This document shows, piece after piece, positions 10,901 through 22,900 of a stretch of DNA of 59,207 nucleotides. The position numbers and the translations under genes are program-made. Within the stretch, counting starts at the first letter, position 1; the number at the start of each line of letters is the position of its first letter. Location of the stretch: the NCBI RefSeq assembly GCF_001194135.2, contig NC_068981.1, positions 56,007,162 to 56,066,368 of the forward strand, in the 5' to 3' direction. Source of the DNA: Octopus bimaculoides (lineage: Eukaryota). The notes below the pieces were generated by a model. That model was given only the letters and a program-made list of their open reading frames with translations. It did no database searches and had not been told where the DNA came from.

Positions 10901-13900
10901 GACATCTGGTCAATAAAGTGATATACTATATATGGTTTCAATGCAATTTTATCAAAATCAATATGCAATAATTTAAAACTGACAAAAATTTAATTCAAGT
11001 GTAAACAGTTAGTTTTAAGCTCTCCTGTGGCTGGTGGTAGGAAAAGCAATTGGCTGTAGAAAATCTGTTTTAGCAAATTTCATCTGGCTCATGCAACCAC
11101 GGAAAGTGGATGTTAAAATGATGCTAATGAAATTTAAGAGACCAAGTCAATCTCCCCCTTTCCAGAATTTCTGGAAAATTGTCTAACTTCATGAAATGCA
11201 TAGCTTTAGTGTATAAATTATAATATGAATAGCATTTTGAAGATTAGTGAGTTGTATCTGAAAAAAATAGTAGCCACTAAATGTTTTTCTGTTGTTAGTT
11301 GTCTATTTCCAATTATTTTATGTATTACTTACTTTTGAGTAAGCAGTTTATAAATAACTTACTCAAAAGTACATTTTGAAGTAATTCAGAATTTTATAGA
11401 GTTCAGACAAAGTCTGGATTTGGTGTCATGAAATCAAAATTAAAAGCAACTACTGGATTACTAGAGTTGGAGTTGATAAAAATATACCAACTCTATAAAG
11501 GAGTAACTGATTGAAGTACTTCTGTTTCTGAGGACAAGATATAATTTTTATCTCACTTAATTCAATCCCTAATGTTACATACTACATTCTCTTAAATTTT
11601 ATTTTCAAACAATGCTTCATCCTCAGAAAAGGAAGTTACATGTCTTGGTTTATTTCTACTAAAATGGTGTATTCAGTTGCTTTACAAATTCATTTGTTGA
11701 ATTTTAACTATGGTGTACTTTAGATTGTTGACGTGGTAAACAATGATGTTCCTGATTTTCTTTTATAGTATTTTCTAGTTTTAATACTTTCATATCCTTT
11801 TGTTCTATAGCCTCTTAATGAAAGCTGCCTTTTTTGATTTTATAGGTTTTGTCTTATGCTTATTTGCTTGAAGCTTCTTTAATAAATAATATAAAAAAGC
11901 TATATATAATAGCATAGTTATAGTCTTTTGAAACCCAAATTTTAACAGTTGGTAAGAAGTAACCTGATGAGTTACATTGGACATGTATGTTGTGTGCATT
12001 CATTTAATATAAGAAATATCTGATTAGTCTAACTACAAATAAAGGAATCAATCAGAGAGTGATTAAAACATTCATATCATCATTGCTAATTTGAGAGTTT
12101 ATAACCTCAATCAGTTGTAAATCTATCATTATCAAATATATTGATACTAAATTGCTTTCCTAATTTTTCAGGGTAGAAAAAAATGCTACATCTTGGTCCA
12201 AAAATAAAATTACAGAACTTCTTGCTGGCTTTGTTATACAAGATGAAGACTGTAAGTAATGCTATTCTTGTGATGTTTAGATTTATTTTTCTAATGCTAG
12301 CATGAGTCTACTGTATTGTTTAATGCTGTCAGCACATTTTCGTCTCATACTCTTTGTCCATTTTAGTTCACTTGTCTCTGGTGACAAAAGCTTTTTCTGT
12401 TTGAAGTCAGTGATGATAGTCTTTTCAGATTCCCTTTGGCTGTTGAGATTAATGCAAAGAGTGTTTAGCTTAAATTTCTTCAGGCTAGTCATTGTAAGGG
12501 AAAGATATGGAGTTGTGAGTTGTAGTTCTGATGATAAATTTTTAAGTGAAATGTCTAGTTAGGGGTTTTGAAGATGAGACACAGTAGGGTTAATAGCAAG
12601 AGCTATTGGACCAGATGAACTAGGCTGCAGATGGAAATATGGAATCCTAAAAGAAATCTTTCTGTTATATAAAGTTATGAAGCAACATATATATCCCAAT
12701 TGTTTTTCGTTTTAATTACAAGTTTTATTGATTGACTAGGAACCCCTACAACTAGGCCATGGTCAAATGAATCCTCAGAATAAATTATCTCTTACTCTTT
12801 TTAATATCATAATTAACAATCGGGCTCAGTGTCTTAAAAATCAGGATCAAAAGATATCTATGTTGATTTTCTGATGCCATAATGAGAAAACATACACACA
12901 ATATATTAAAGACACAATATATTAAGTGTAAACAAGTATAAAAGTAGAAATTCCAAAGTAAAAACATATTGTACATACTTTAATTCCAAAACAAAAACAT
13001 CCTATTCATACATTAAATCAAAATTAGAGGTGGATGACATCCCTATCAGTGGCTAAGAAATACCTAATAAATTCTATGTGGTCCAGCTTTCATTTAGTGG
13101 AAAATTTCTTCATAATTGAATGTCTAATATTTTAAAATTAAAATGTTTTTAAGTATTAGATATTGTTTAAGTTTCTGACTTTAGTTTATAGATCCACTCT
13201 AGGTTAGACTTTAGTTTTATTTATATACAGAGAAACCTTAATATTAAAATTATTAGGTACTGTCCATAGTTATTACTATGTATCTGTATCAAATCATTCA
13301 AACAACAAGAGAATCCAAAAGTGGCAGGTGGCTCATATCCTTGATTGTTCCATGGTTGTAGAAAGGGCATTCCACTTAATGCTTGCATTACACTTTGATG
13401 TCTCTGGTTAGACCAAATGCAGTGTAGATTAAAAAATCTGCTTACTCCATTATTTATTTGAGCTTTGGTGCTTTCTACACATTTCATATATATCTTACAC
13501 AACGAAAATCCAATTTTTCAAATTTATCTTCCAACGTTTTTAATCCAAAAAATTGTTGTATCACAGCAAGCCAAAAAGTATTATAAATATAGGTCTGAGA
13601 GTTCACTCTCAATATGGATTTACAAACTTAAATGGAATCACAAATAAGGAAATTCCATCAACTCTACTTTGGTTACATCATATACTCCACATCTTTATAC
13701 TACAACTTTCAAAAGATGAATAATTTGAACCCCCTCCTTCCTTGGTTTTTAAAAGCTTGCAAAAGATTCTTTTCTTGCACAACATTTTATAGAGATGAAC
13801 CCAATGCAATGACTTATCTTCTGCTTCTGGGTTATAATAGTATTTTGTTGGTGTCTTGGTCATGTCTGCACCTCTGGGATGAGAAAGACAATAGCTAGAG

Positions 13901-16900
13901 AAACTTTTCAGTGCCATATATTTTAAACTGTATTTATGAATGTCTCAAGGAAGAGGTGACTTAGAAATCCTAATAAATTCCATGACCTCCAGCTTTCAAT
14001 AAGTGAAACCTCCAGAGATAGTTGTTTCCAACTCTCTTTATTAGACACACTCTTAGTTCCCTCTTTCTTTCTATGAAATCTTGAGCTACTACCAAAATGT
14101 ATTTATTTTATATAGATTCACACTCAACTATATATAACATGTCTCACAAAATTGCTGCACATTTAAAACAATTTATGTTATGTAATGTTTCAGACAGTAA
14201 CTTTAGACATTACCATACATATAAATTCTACTTTTCTTTAAAAGCAAACATTTGTAGGAAAATCTGAATCATTATCCTTCAATGTAAAAAAAAAAAAAAC
14301 AGAAAATTTATATATTCTTCATATGCATTGAGAGCTGATGTCTCCAATCACAACTGTACTGTGAATTGCTCACAGATGCCATTTGTATGAAAAACAAAGG
14401 ATGCAAGTTATTTTTAATCGTTCCAAAAAAAAAAAAAATGGGAGACAACTCCGAATTTGTTTGCTCTTGAACCTCTGAACAAGAAGCATAGATTTACCAT
14501 ATTTATAGAAACAAAATTACTGCTATACGTAAGTATGCTTGAAAGATTAGTATATTTAAAAGACTGAATCACAGCTTAATTATGATTTTTCACACCCATG
14601 TATGTACAATATTGTACATCTATTTAGTGATTCTCTCATCACTCTTTCCAGTCAGTGTGGTGAAGTCTATTGCTTTGCTGAGAGGGTCTAGTAGAACCAA
14701 AGCATGTCTGGAGGTGTCTTCCATGTTTGCTGAAATGATTAAAATAATATTAATCTTTGAGCTAAAGTTGTACTTTCCTCACAACATAAGTATTTCTGTT
14801 ATATTTTGTTTAGGACAAAGATTGTATGTTCATTGATAGCTCAAGACTGGCTAGTCTTATCTTCTGGATGAAATGGTTATTAGTAACATTTGTTTGACTG
14901 CTGAAAGAAACTTCTCATAAAGCTAAAAAATTTCAAGTTTGGTATTAGCATTATTGTCAGTATTAATACCTTGAGTCTAGTTGCCAAATAAATGGCAATA
15001 AGAAATAACTGTTTTAGTGTTGTGTAGCCATGCCTACAGCTAAGGCCTGCAATTTTTCTTGCAAGAAAGACACTTTGCTAGAAAACCAGTTACTTTATGA
15101 GTCAAAAGAGCTATGTAGACATCTAGCTTGCTAGAAACAACAGCCAAAAGGCTCTCAAATTAGACACTACTACTTTAAATAAGGAAAGAACACCTTACAT
15201 GATTTTGACTAGAGTTGATCTGGTGTTAAGCAACAACAATCAGTTATACATAAAAAAAACCCATCCCAGTCATTATAGTGTAGGAAAATATCATACACTG
15301 TCATCTTATAATTGCTAAGTATTTTGTGAAGAAATTTTATTTGAAAAAAAAGGGAAGTCATGGATTTATCTAATCAGTTTAATTTTCTTTCTTCGAGAAT
15401 GGAGGAGGATAGCTGCGTGAAAAAGTGCCACACCCTAACAGTTGAGGGAACCCGTGGAAGAGGTAGGCCCAGGAAGACCTGGGCTGAGGTGGTGAGGCAA
15501 GACCTTCGTACATTGGGCCTCACCGAGGCGATGACTACGGACCGAGACCTTTGGAAATGGGCTGTGCGTGAGAAGACCCGGCAAGCCAAGTAAGATCGTT
15601 GCCAGTGCCCCTGGACTGGTTCTTGTGCGGGTGGCACATGAGATGCACCATTTTGAGCGTGGCCGTTGCCAGTACCGCCTGACTGGCTCCTGTAGGATTT
15701 TCGAGNNNNNNNNNNGGCACATAAAAGACACCATTTCGAGCGTGGCCGTTTTCGTGCGGGTGACACGTAAAAGCACCCACTACACTCTCTGAGTGGTTGG
15801 CGTTAGGAAGGGCATCCAGCTGTAGAAACTCTGCCAAATCAGACTGGAGCCTGGTGTTGCCATCCGGTTTCACCAGTCCTCAGTCAAATCGTCCAACCCA
15901 TGCTAGCATGGAAAGCGGACGTTAAACGATGATGATGATGATGATGACCATGACCTATAATGTCTTTCTTACATTTCATGGGGGTAGTTCCTTTATTTTT
16001 CAGAGAGAGACCCACACATGACCACTACACTAAGTATAATATGCTATTTTAGTGTTTGGGTTGGGTAAGAGGTTCACTTAGAATACTCTGTTTCAACTGA
16101 TTTTACTGAGATTCTTTTATATTGGCAAGTATTCCTTGTGTTTTGTGTGTGCATGTGTTTGCATGCCTGTTATGCTTTAGGATTTCATAGATGTTTTAAA
16201 ATTTTATGTAAGAAATATTTTTGGATTTCTTTATGTCAGTTTAATAAAAGAATTTTGGCATGTAGTGTATACTTTAATGTTGGTTCACCAGGCATTTCAT
16301 ACAGTTTTCAGTTTATTGTCGTTGATTTGAATGGATTTTTTGTTGCTTGAAGCTGTTTTATTTGACATAGGTTGTACATCTGAACAAGAAGAAAAGTAAA
16401 GTTCAGGAATGACCACCAACTTATAGGACAAGCTTTATTCTAAATATAGTTTTTACTTTTGGTTCCCCTACTATTAAGTAATCATGACAGAATGGAAAAC
16501 TCTGAGATTTCAAACCTTAAGTATAATGTCTTCTAATAGCTTGCAGTAGAATCACTGTTTTGTTTGAAAATCTATCCTTGTAAAAAGCATAAAAAAAACA
16601 AAATTTCTCAAATGATTGGAAATTCTTGTTTCTCATATTTTAGGAAGGCTTTTAACACTTTGGTGCTGAGACCTGCTTTCAGGAGTGATATATTACTATG
16701 CTTAGAACCCAAAGAAATCTAGTAATGATGAATTTAAAATTTTTTTCAATAGTGTAAATGACTTATTGATAATCATTTACTAATTACATAAAGAAACATT
16801 TGATATATAACACTAAGAAACACAAGTTTTGTTCACCTGAAGTTTTTCTTGTGTCTATATGTATCTTTTGGTATTGAGCCAAAAAAAAAAAATCATCTTG

Positions 16901-19900
16901 TTTTCTGTCATCAATGTTTCCAAAAATAGTTTTAATTTGTATTTAGTCTTTTTATAATGCAACCTTCTAAATAGTATGAGTGTTGAAGATTACATTTTTT
17001 TTGTGTGAATACTTTTATCTTTTGCAATTAGAGACTGTATCTAGTCTTCCATCATAGTAATCCTCCAGCAATCTTAGTACCTTCTCTCTGTTGTTGCAGT
17101 GTCTTAGTGAAACCTTTCACTTGGCTCCCTACTTTTACTGATGTTGTATAAGTATTGGCTGAGAGTCAAGGTGCTTATGCAAAAAATAGCCTTTTAAAGG
17201 CATGATCTTATCAGTTTCAATAATCTTTCCCACCAGTTCCTTGTAATATTTTGGTGAATCTCTTGACATCCATAAACTACACTGAAATGCACAGTATTCT
17301 GCTTCCCTTGCTTTCAAAATTTTTGGTCCAGTAAATATACCATTATTGATATTGGTATCAAAAAGCTTTGGAAGTGTATGGCAGATTTCTTGAAAGGCCT
17401 TTACAAACTGTTTTATCAATCCCAAGCTTGCACGAAGTGAAGTAACAAAACTTCTGCAGGTTCAACAAGATGCAACCAGACAACAGTTAACCTTCTTGGC
17501 AGTAATTTCTAATGTTTCATTGAACTTTCCAGTAATGATTCACCAAAAGCACTGCAACCCCATAAACAAAAGAAACACAATTTGTTTAATATCCTTCTGC
17601 AAATCAGACATAAAGACAAACGTCTTGAAATCCATACATACGTCTCACTTCAGTTCTGTGTAGTTTATTTTCGCAAGTAACTGTATAACATTTACATAAT
17701 CTTCTTTCAATTTGTACCTAGTGTGCAAGAGGTGGAGGTGGATATTGGGTTTCTGTTGTGAAGTGAAATTGCTTTTGAGGCTTTAAGTTGAGCTGTCTGT
17801 GAACAGTTACGATTCCATGAGGTCATGCTTCAGTCCAACAGCAGTAAACAGTCATGTCTTTAGTATAACACATCTCCATTAACATGAAAATTAATTGCAA
17901 ATTCTGCATGCTTTTTTGATACACAGTAGTCCTGTTATCTTCACATATTAAATTCCACTCTTTTAATTTGGATACTAAACTGCTTACCTCGCATTAACCT
18001 ACTGTATAACATCAAAATGCAGATATAACAGTCATCATGGTGTTTCATCAGCTCTTTCTGATTTATGAGAATTGTAAAAGGCATATCCTTTCACACACCT
18101 CTTCCACGTGGCTTCTGCATGATCAACCAAAGGCTCTTCTGGGTCACTTTCAAAATACAGTCTATATGCTGTCCTTTCATGTGATATTTGCATTGCTTCA
18201 TCATAATATCTACAAACATAAGAATGTATGATTTTAGTTATATAAAATATTATTTTAGATATATAGGTGGAAGAAATATTCATTACTGTCACTCACCAAA
18301 AAATAAATATTGGAATTTGGAATTATAAGTATAATGCTGTAATTATTGATGATGGAGAAAAACTAACATTTTGATATCAGTACCCTAAATGTAGTAACAG
18401 ATGGTGAGAAAAAAATCATGCTAAACAAAAATTTTACCAAGTATTTTAAGTAGTGTAATCATTCTTATTTTTCTATGGGTGAGATTTTCTCTTTTTTATT
18501 TGTAGCAACCTTTACCAGACCAGAGTGAAAAACTAGACTAAATATCACTGGTCAGTCTCTATTTTTTAAGCACTTCCTATTTTACCGAGATTGAATTCTT
18601 TCCCCTTTACTGCCACTTTTAATTAAATTTATCTTCTTTTTTTTAAATGTATGTTTGCAGACTCTAATGTATATCTTTTTACTGTGAGTTCCAAGTCTAG
18701 CATTTGATAGTTGGCTTAGACAGACAACGGAATGTGAATGGCATATACAAAAAGTAATGTTTAAAATGTAATTTCTAAGAGTTGCAAATATTTTATGTTA
18801 TTGATGTAAAAGAGTAATTTCTGAGACAGAAATATAAATTTCAATTTTTTTTTGTTATACCTAAAATACAGCATACATTTTGACCAAAACATAGTTATTT
18901 TAATGAGCTCTAAGAAAAATTCTCATAAATATTTTTCAATGATGATATTTTAGTATTATTAAACCATTTTAAATTGCTAGGATCTTATCTATTTCAACCT
19001 TTGTTTCTTTTTTAAATCCATTTTCATTGTGTATCCTTATTGATGATTTTAATTTCCAGTTAAGCACATCAGATTCACTTTGTTGATTCTTAGCTTTTTG
19101 AAACCTTAATTGAATATTTACATTTCAGTTTTGTGCAATTTCTCATAACATACTATAGTAGAACCCTATTTAACAGTTAAATGAAAACACTGTGCTAATT
19201 AATGTAGTTTTACATCAGAAATGCAGGAATCTATTCAAGAACTTTCAGATTATTTGGGTGTGTTGTTCAAATATTTTTTTCGTATACTTCATAGTAATAA
19301 AGGATTGTAAAAACATGTTTACTCTTTAACAATATATTTGAAATATAACATAGTTTCACTTTAGTTCTTTGAAAAATATATGACCAGGTCATCTGAACCT
19401 CATTTTACATTCCTCTTTTTCTTTGCATGCACTTATCTGTAGCAGCAAAGTTCTTGTCTAAGGTTCTCAGAACTTGCATACTTTGTCTTATGTTAGTCCA
19501 TAGCCATTGTAAATTGTTTGAACTTTCCAAGTTTGCATAATGTTGTATCAAATTCTTTTATGGTCATTTACTTCTTTTGTTGTTAATTTTCATTGATTTT
19601 TTTTTTATTGTCCACTACTTGTTTTCACTCTGATGATTCAAATTAAGGCTGAGATAAGTTAATTTATCTGAATGTGATTCAAATAAAGCATCAAAACTAA
19701 GCTCTCTTCCATTGTTAGTCATCTTCATCATCATCATCGTCATCATTTAATATCTGTCTTCCATTCTGGCATGGGTTGAACAGTTTCACAGGAGCTGGCA
19801 AGCCAAAGAGCTGCATCACCCTCCATTGTCTGCTTTGGCATACTTCTACAGCTAGATGCCCTTTCTAATGCCAACCACTTTATGGAGTGTACTGAGTGCT

Positions 19901-22900
19901 TTTTATGTGACACCAACACCAGCAGAGTCACCAAGTAACTTGCAAAATGAAGACCCCCTTGGTTGGGAAAGGGAGTGGATCTGAGGGAGGTAGCTTTGTT
20001 GCTGGTTGAGAGATTAAAGTATGATATTGGGATAGATAGGTGTCTTACTATAGAAGAGATACTTGGTTACCCCAGTTGGAAAAGAAAAGAGAGTAAGGAG
20101 AGATAGAAAGATAGATAGATAGACAGTGTGTGTGAGAGAGGGAGAGATGCGGGTAGTGTTGGAGATGCATTGAAACATACCCACAAGGTATAGAGTAAGG
20201 CTGTTTCATAAGAGTGTGAGGGGAAATGTTTAGTGATGGGGAAGAGGTGACTGTAACAAGTGATGATAAGTTGGAAGGGTGGGGTATGGTAGATATTATG
20301 TGAGGGCATGAAGAGTGTGCAGGTAGACATCTAAGGGAGAGTAGAGGAGCCTGCTGCATGTGGTAATCATAGGCAGTGGGAGTAGGAAAGATGGGTTGTG
20401 GTGGAGTTTTAACACAGGGCAAATGATGTGTGTGTGTATTTGAAGGGATGTGGCCTTAAAGGACATGCCTGTATGTATGGCCATGATTTTACTTAGCTTG
20501 ACATGTCTTCTCAAGCACAGCAAATTGCCAGAAGTCTTAGTCCCTTGTCACCTCCATGAGGCTCAGCATCTGAAAATCATTTTCGATCACTTAGTCCCAC
20601 ATCTTTCTGGGTCTACCTCTTCTGCAGGTTCCCTCCACAATTAGAGATTGGCATTTCTTTATGTGGCTGTCCCCATCCTTACATATCGCCTGATCATACC
20701 AACTCAGTGTTCTCTCTTGCACACATTTTCACACCAGTCACTAAGTGCATTGAGATGACCAAGGCTATTGTTTAAAATTGAAAATATCATTTGTCTTCAA
20801 GTGCTTTGCTTGCTCATACTTCTTATTAAAACACCAGTGTACTGATAGCATGCATCGTACATAAACATAGGTTTTGAATTGAAGTCACCATCAGAACTTT
20901 CTCCTACAGAAGTGTTAGTGATCCTTCAACAATTTAAACTTGTTGCAATTTTTTGGCAAAGGAGACACCCTAGAAAGATGCAACTATAGAAGAATCAAAC
21001 TATTGGATCAGGTTATAAAGGTCACAGAGGGAGTCATAACACAATTGATCTGTAACAGAGTAGACCTAGAGGAGATGCAGTTTAACTTCATAACCAGATG
21101 AGGCACCACAGATGTAATCTTTCTAGTGAGACTACTGCAGAAATACTTAACTAGGAATAAACCACCATTCCTGGCTTTCATTGACTTGGAGAAGGCATTT
21201 GACAGGGTATCACATTCAGTAATTTGGTGATCACTGAGGAAACAAATAGCTTATGAGGGCTGTACTAGGTAAATACAAAGATGCTGTGAATAAAGAGTTC
21301 ACAATTTCAATAATGAATTTAGCATGAAGATAGTTCATCAGGGTTCAGTCCTCAGTCCTTTCCTAATCATCATAGTCATATGAATTATTACAGAGGAGTT
21401 TAAAACTGGATATCCGTCGGATATATACTGATGATCTAATTCTTATAGCTGAATCTTTAACCCTTTTGATACCAACCCAGCTGAAACCAGCTCTGGCTCT
21501 GTAGTATAAATGTCTTATTTTCATAAGTTCTGAATAAAAATCTTCCACCAACCTTAGTCACAATTTATGTTCCTAACACGAGCTTAATAATAACCAAGTT
21601 ATTTTACTAAATTCTTTGTTATATTTAAAATTAATTGAAAGAAACACAGAGCATCTCAACAGAAATACAGTAATGAAAGGGTTAATCATCACAATTCTTT
21701 GATGTGGGGTCAGTGGTATCTACTAATCCCATCTCTTAATTTGTGGCCTTTTTTTTTAAATAAAAAATTTCTGCTGCAGTTTTGTCTTCAGTTGTGACCT
21801 CACCTATTATAGGAATACTGTGAGTTCTTACTCAAGTTTTGAATCTGTAAAATCAATTACAATTAGCAGTTTCTGCTAGAATCTCATTTTTTTTTTCATT
21901 GTTGAGATGATACAGCTTTCATTTTAATGGTCATGGTACTTAGAGGAATTAATTTTTTGTTATAATCTTTCACCCACAAAAACAAAAAATAATTCTCCAT
22001 TTCAATTATGATACTACTTCTAATCCTTGTTTGTTGATGCATATTTATCCTTTCCCTTACAATCATCTGTGTTATAACTGTTCACAGTTCCATTTCATTC
22101 CTAATTCTCACTCTGTTTCTGCTTTACTGCCCCCACTTTAATGCCTTTTTATAACTTCCAATTTATCGTCTTGTTTTGATAAAAACTGACAAAATATTTT
22201 GTCAATCTTTCTCTTATCCATAGTTATCAAGGTTGGTTTGTGTCAGTGTTATGTTGGTGTATATTATTGTGCTAATTGAAGCTAGGCCATCCACTAAAAG
22301 TCAAACTAGGCTGGAAGTTATTGGCAGCTGACTACCATACTACTGCTTTTGAATGAATTGCTCTATTTCACTGTTTTAGGTGCATGATCTTTATTAAGTT
22401 TTTGTCTATGTTTATGTACAATATTTTAAGTATTTGTTGTCCATTTATAAACAATCTTTTTGTTTAGATTCAAGACATACTTTAACAAATACAGGTGCAG
22501 TATGGCCAAATGGTTAAGAAGTTTGCTTGATAGCCACTAGATCTTGTGATTATCCCACTGCATGGTATTTTGGGAAAATATTTTCTATGGCCTTGTATTG
22601 ACCCCTACTTTGTAAGTGAAACTGGGTAGATGGTCATTGTCTAAAAGCTTGTCAGATGGATTATATTTGTAATTCAAAGGTACAACCTTATCACTCACTG
22701 AGTTGTGATGATTCTGCCTGAGAATTATATTGAAGGTACGTGTGTTGAAAATGCTTATCATCTTGCATGCTAATTCAATGAAGAGGTAATTCAGTTGATC
22801 TATCAACTGAATTCTAATCATAAAAATAATTAGAACTAGATAGAGAATCGTCCATTCACCCATCCATCCAGTAGTTTCTTCTAAGGAAAGAGCCCTTTCT

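Noticed and set aside
13221-13917. Minus-strand ORFs 13221-13502 and 13678-13917 that look vaguely protein-like
   Set aside because: No motif I can confidently assign and no clear splice structure; possibly a decayed transposase, but unsupported
22695-22725. CTGA..GTGATGA..CTGA, C/D-box-like
   Set aside because: No upstream box C, spacing too short, and it lies in SINE-derived sequence
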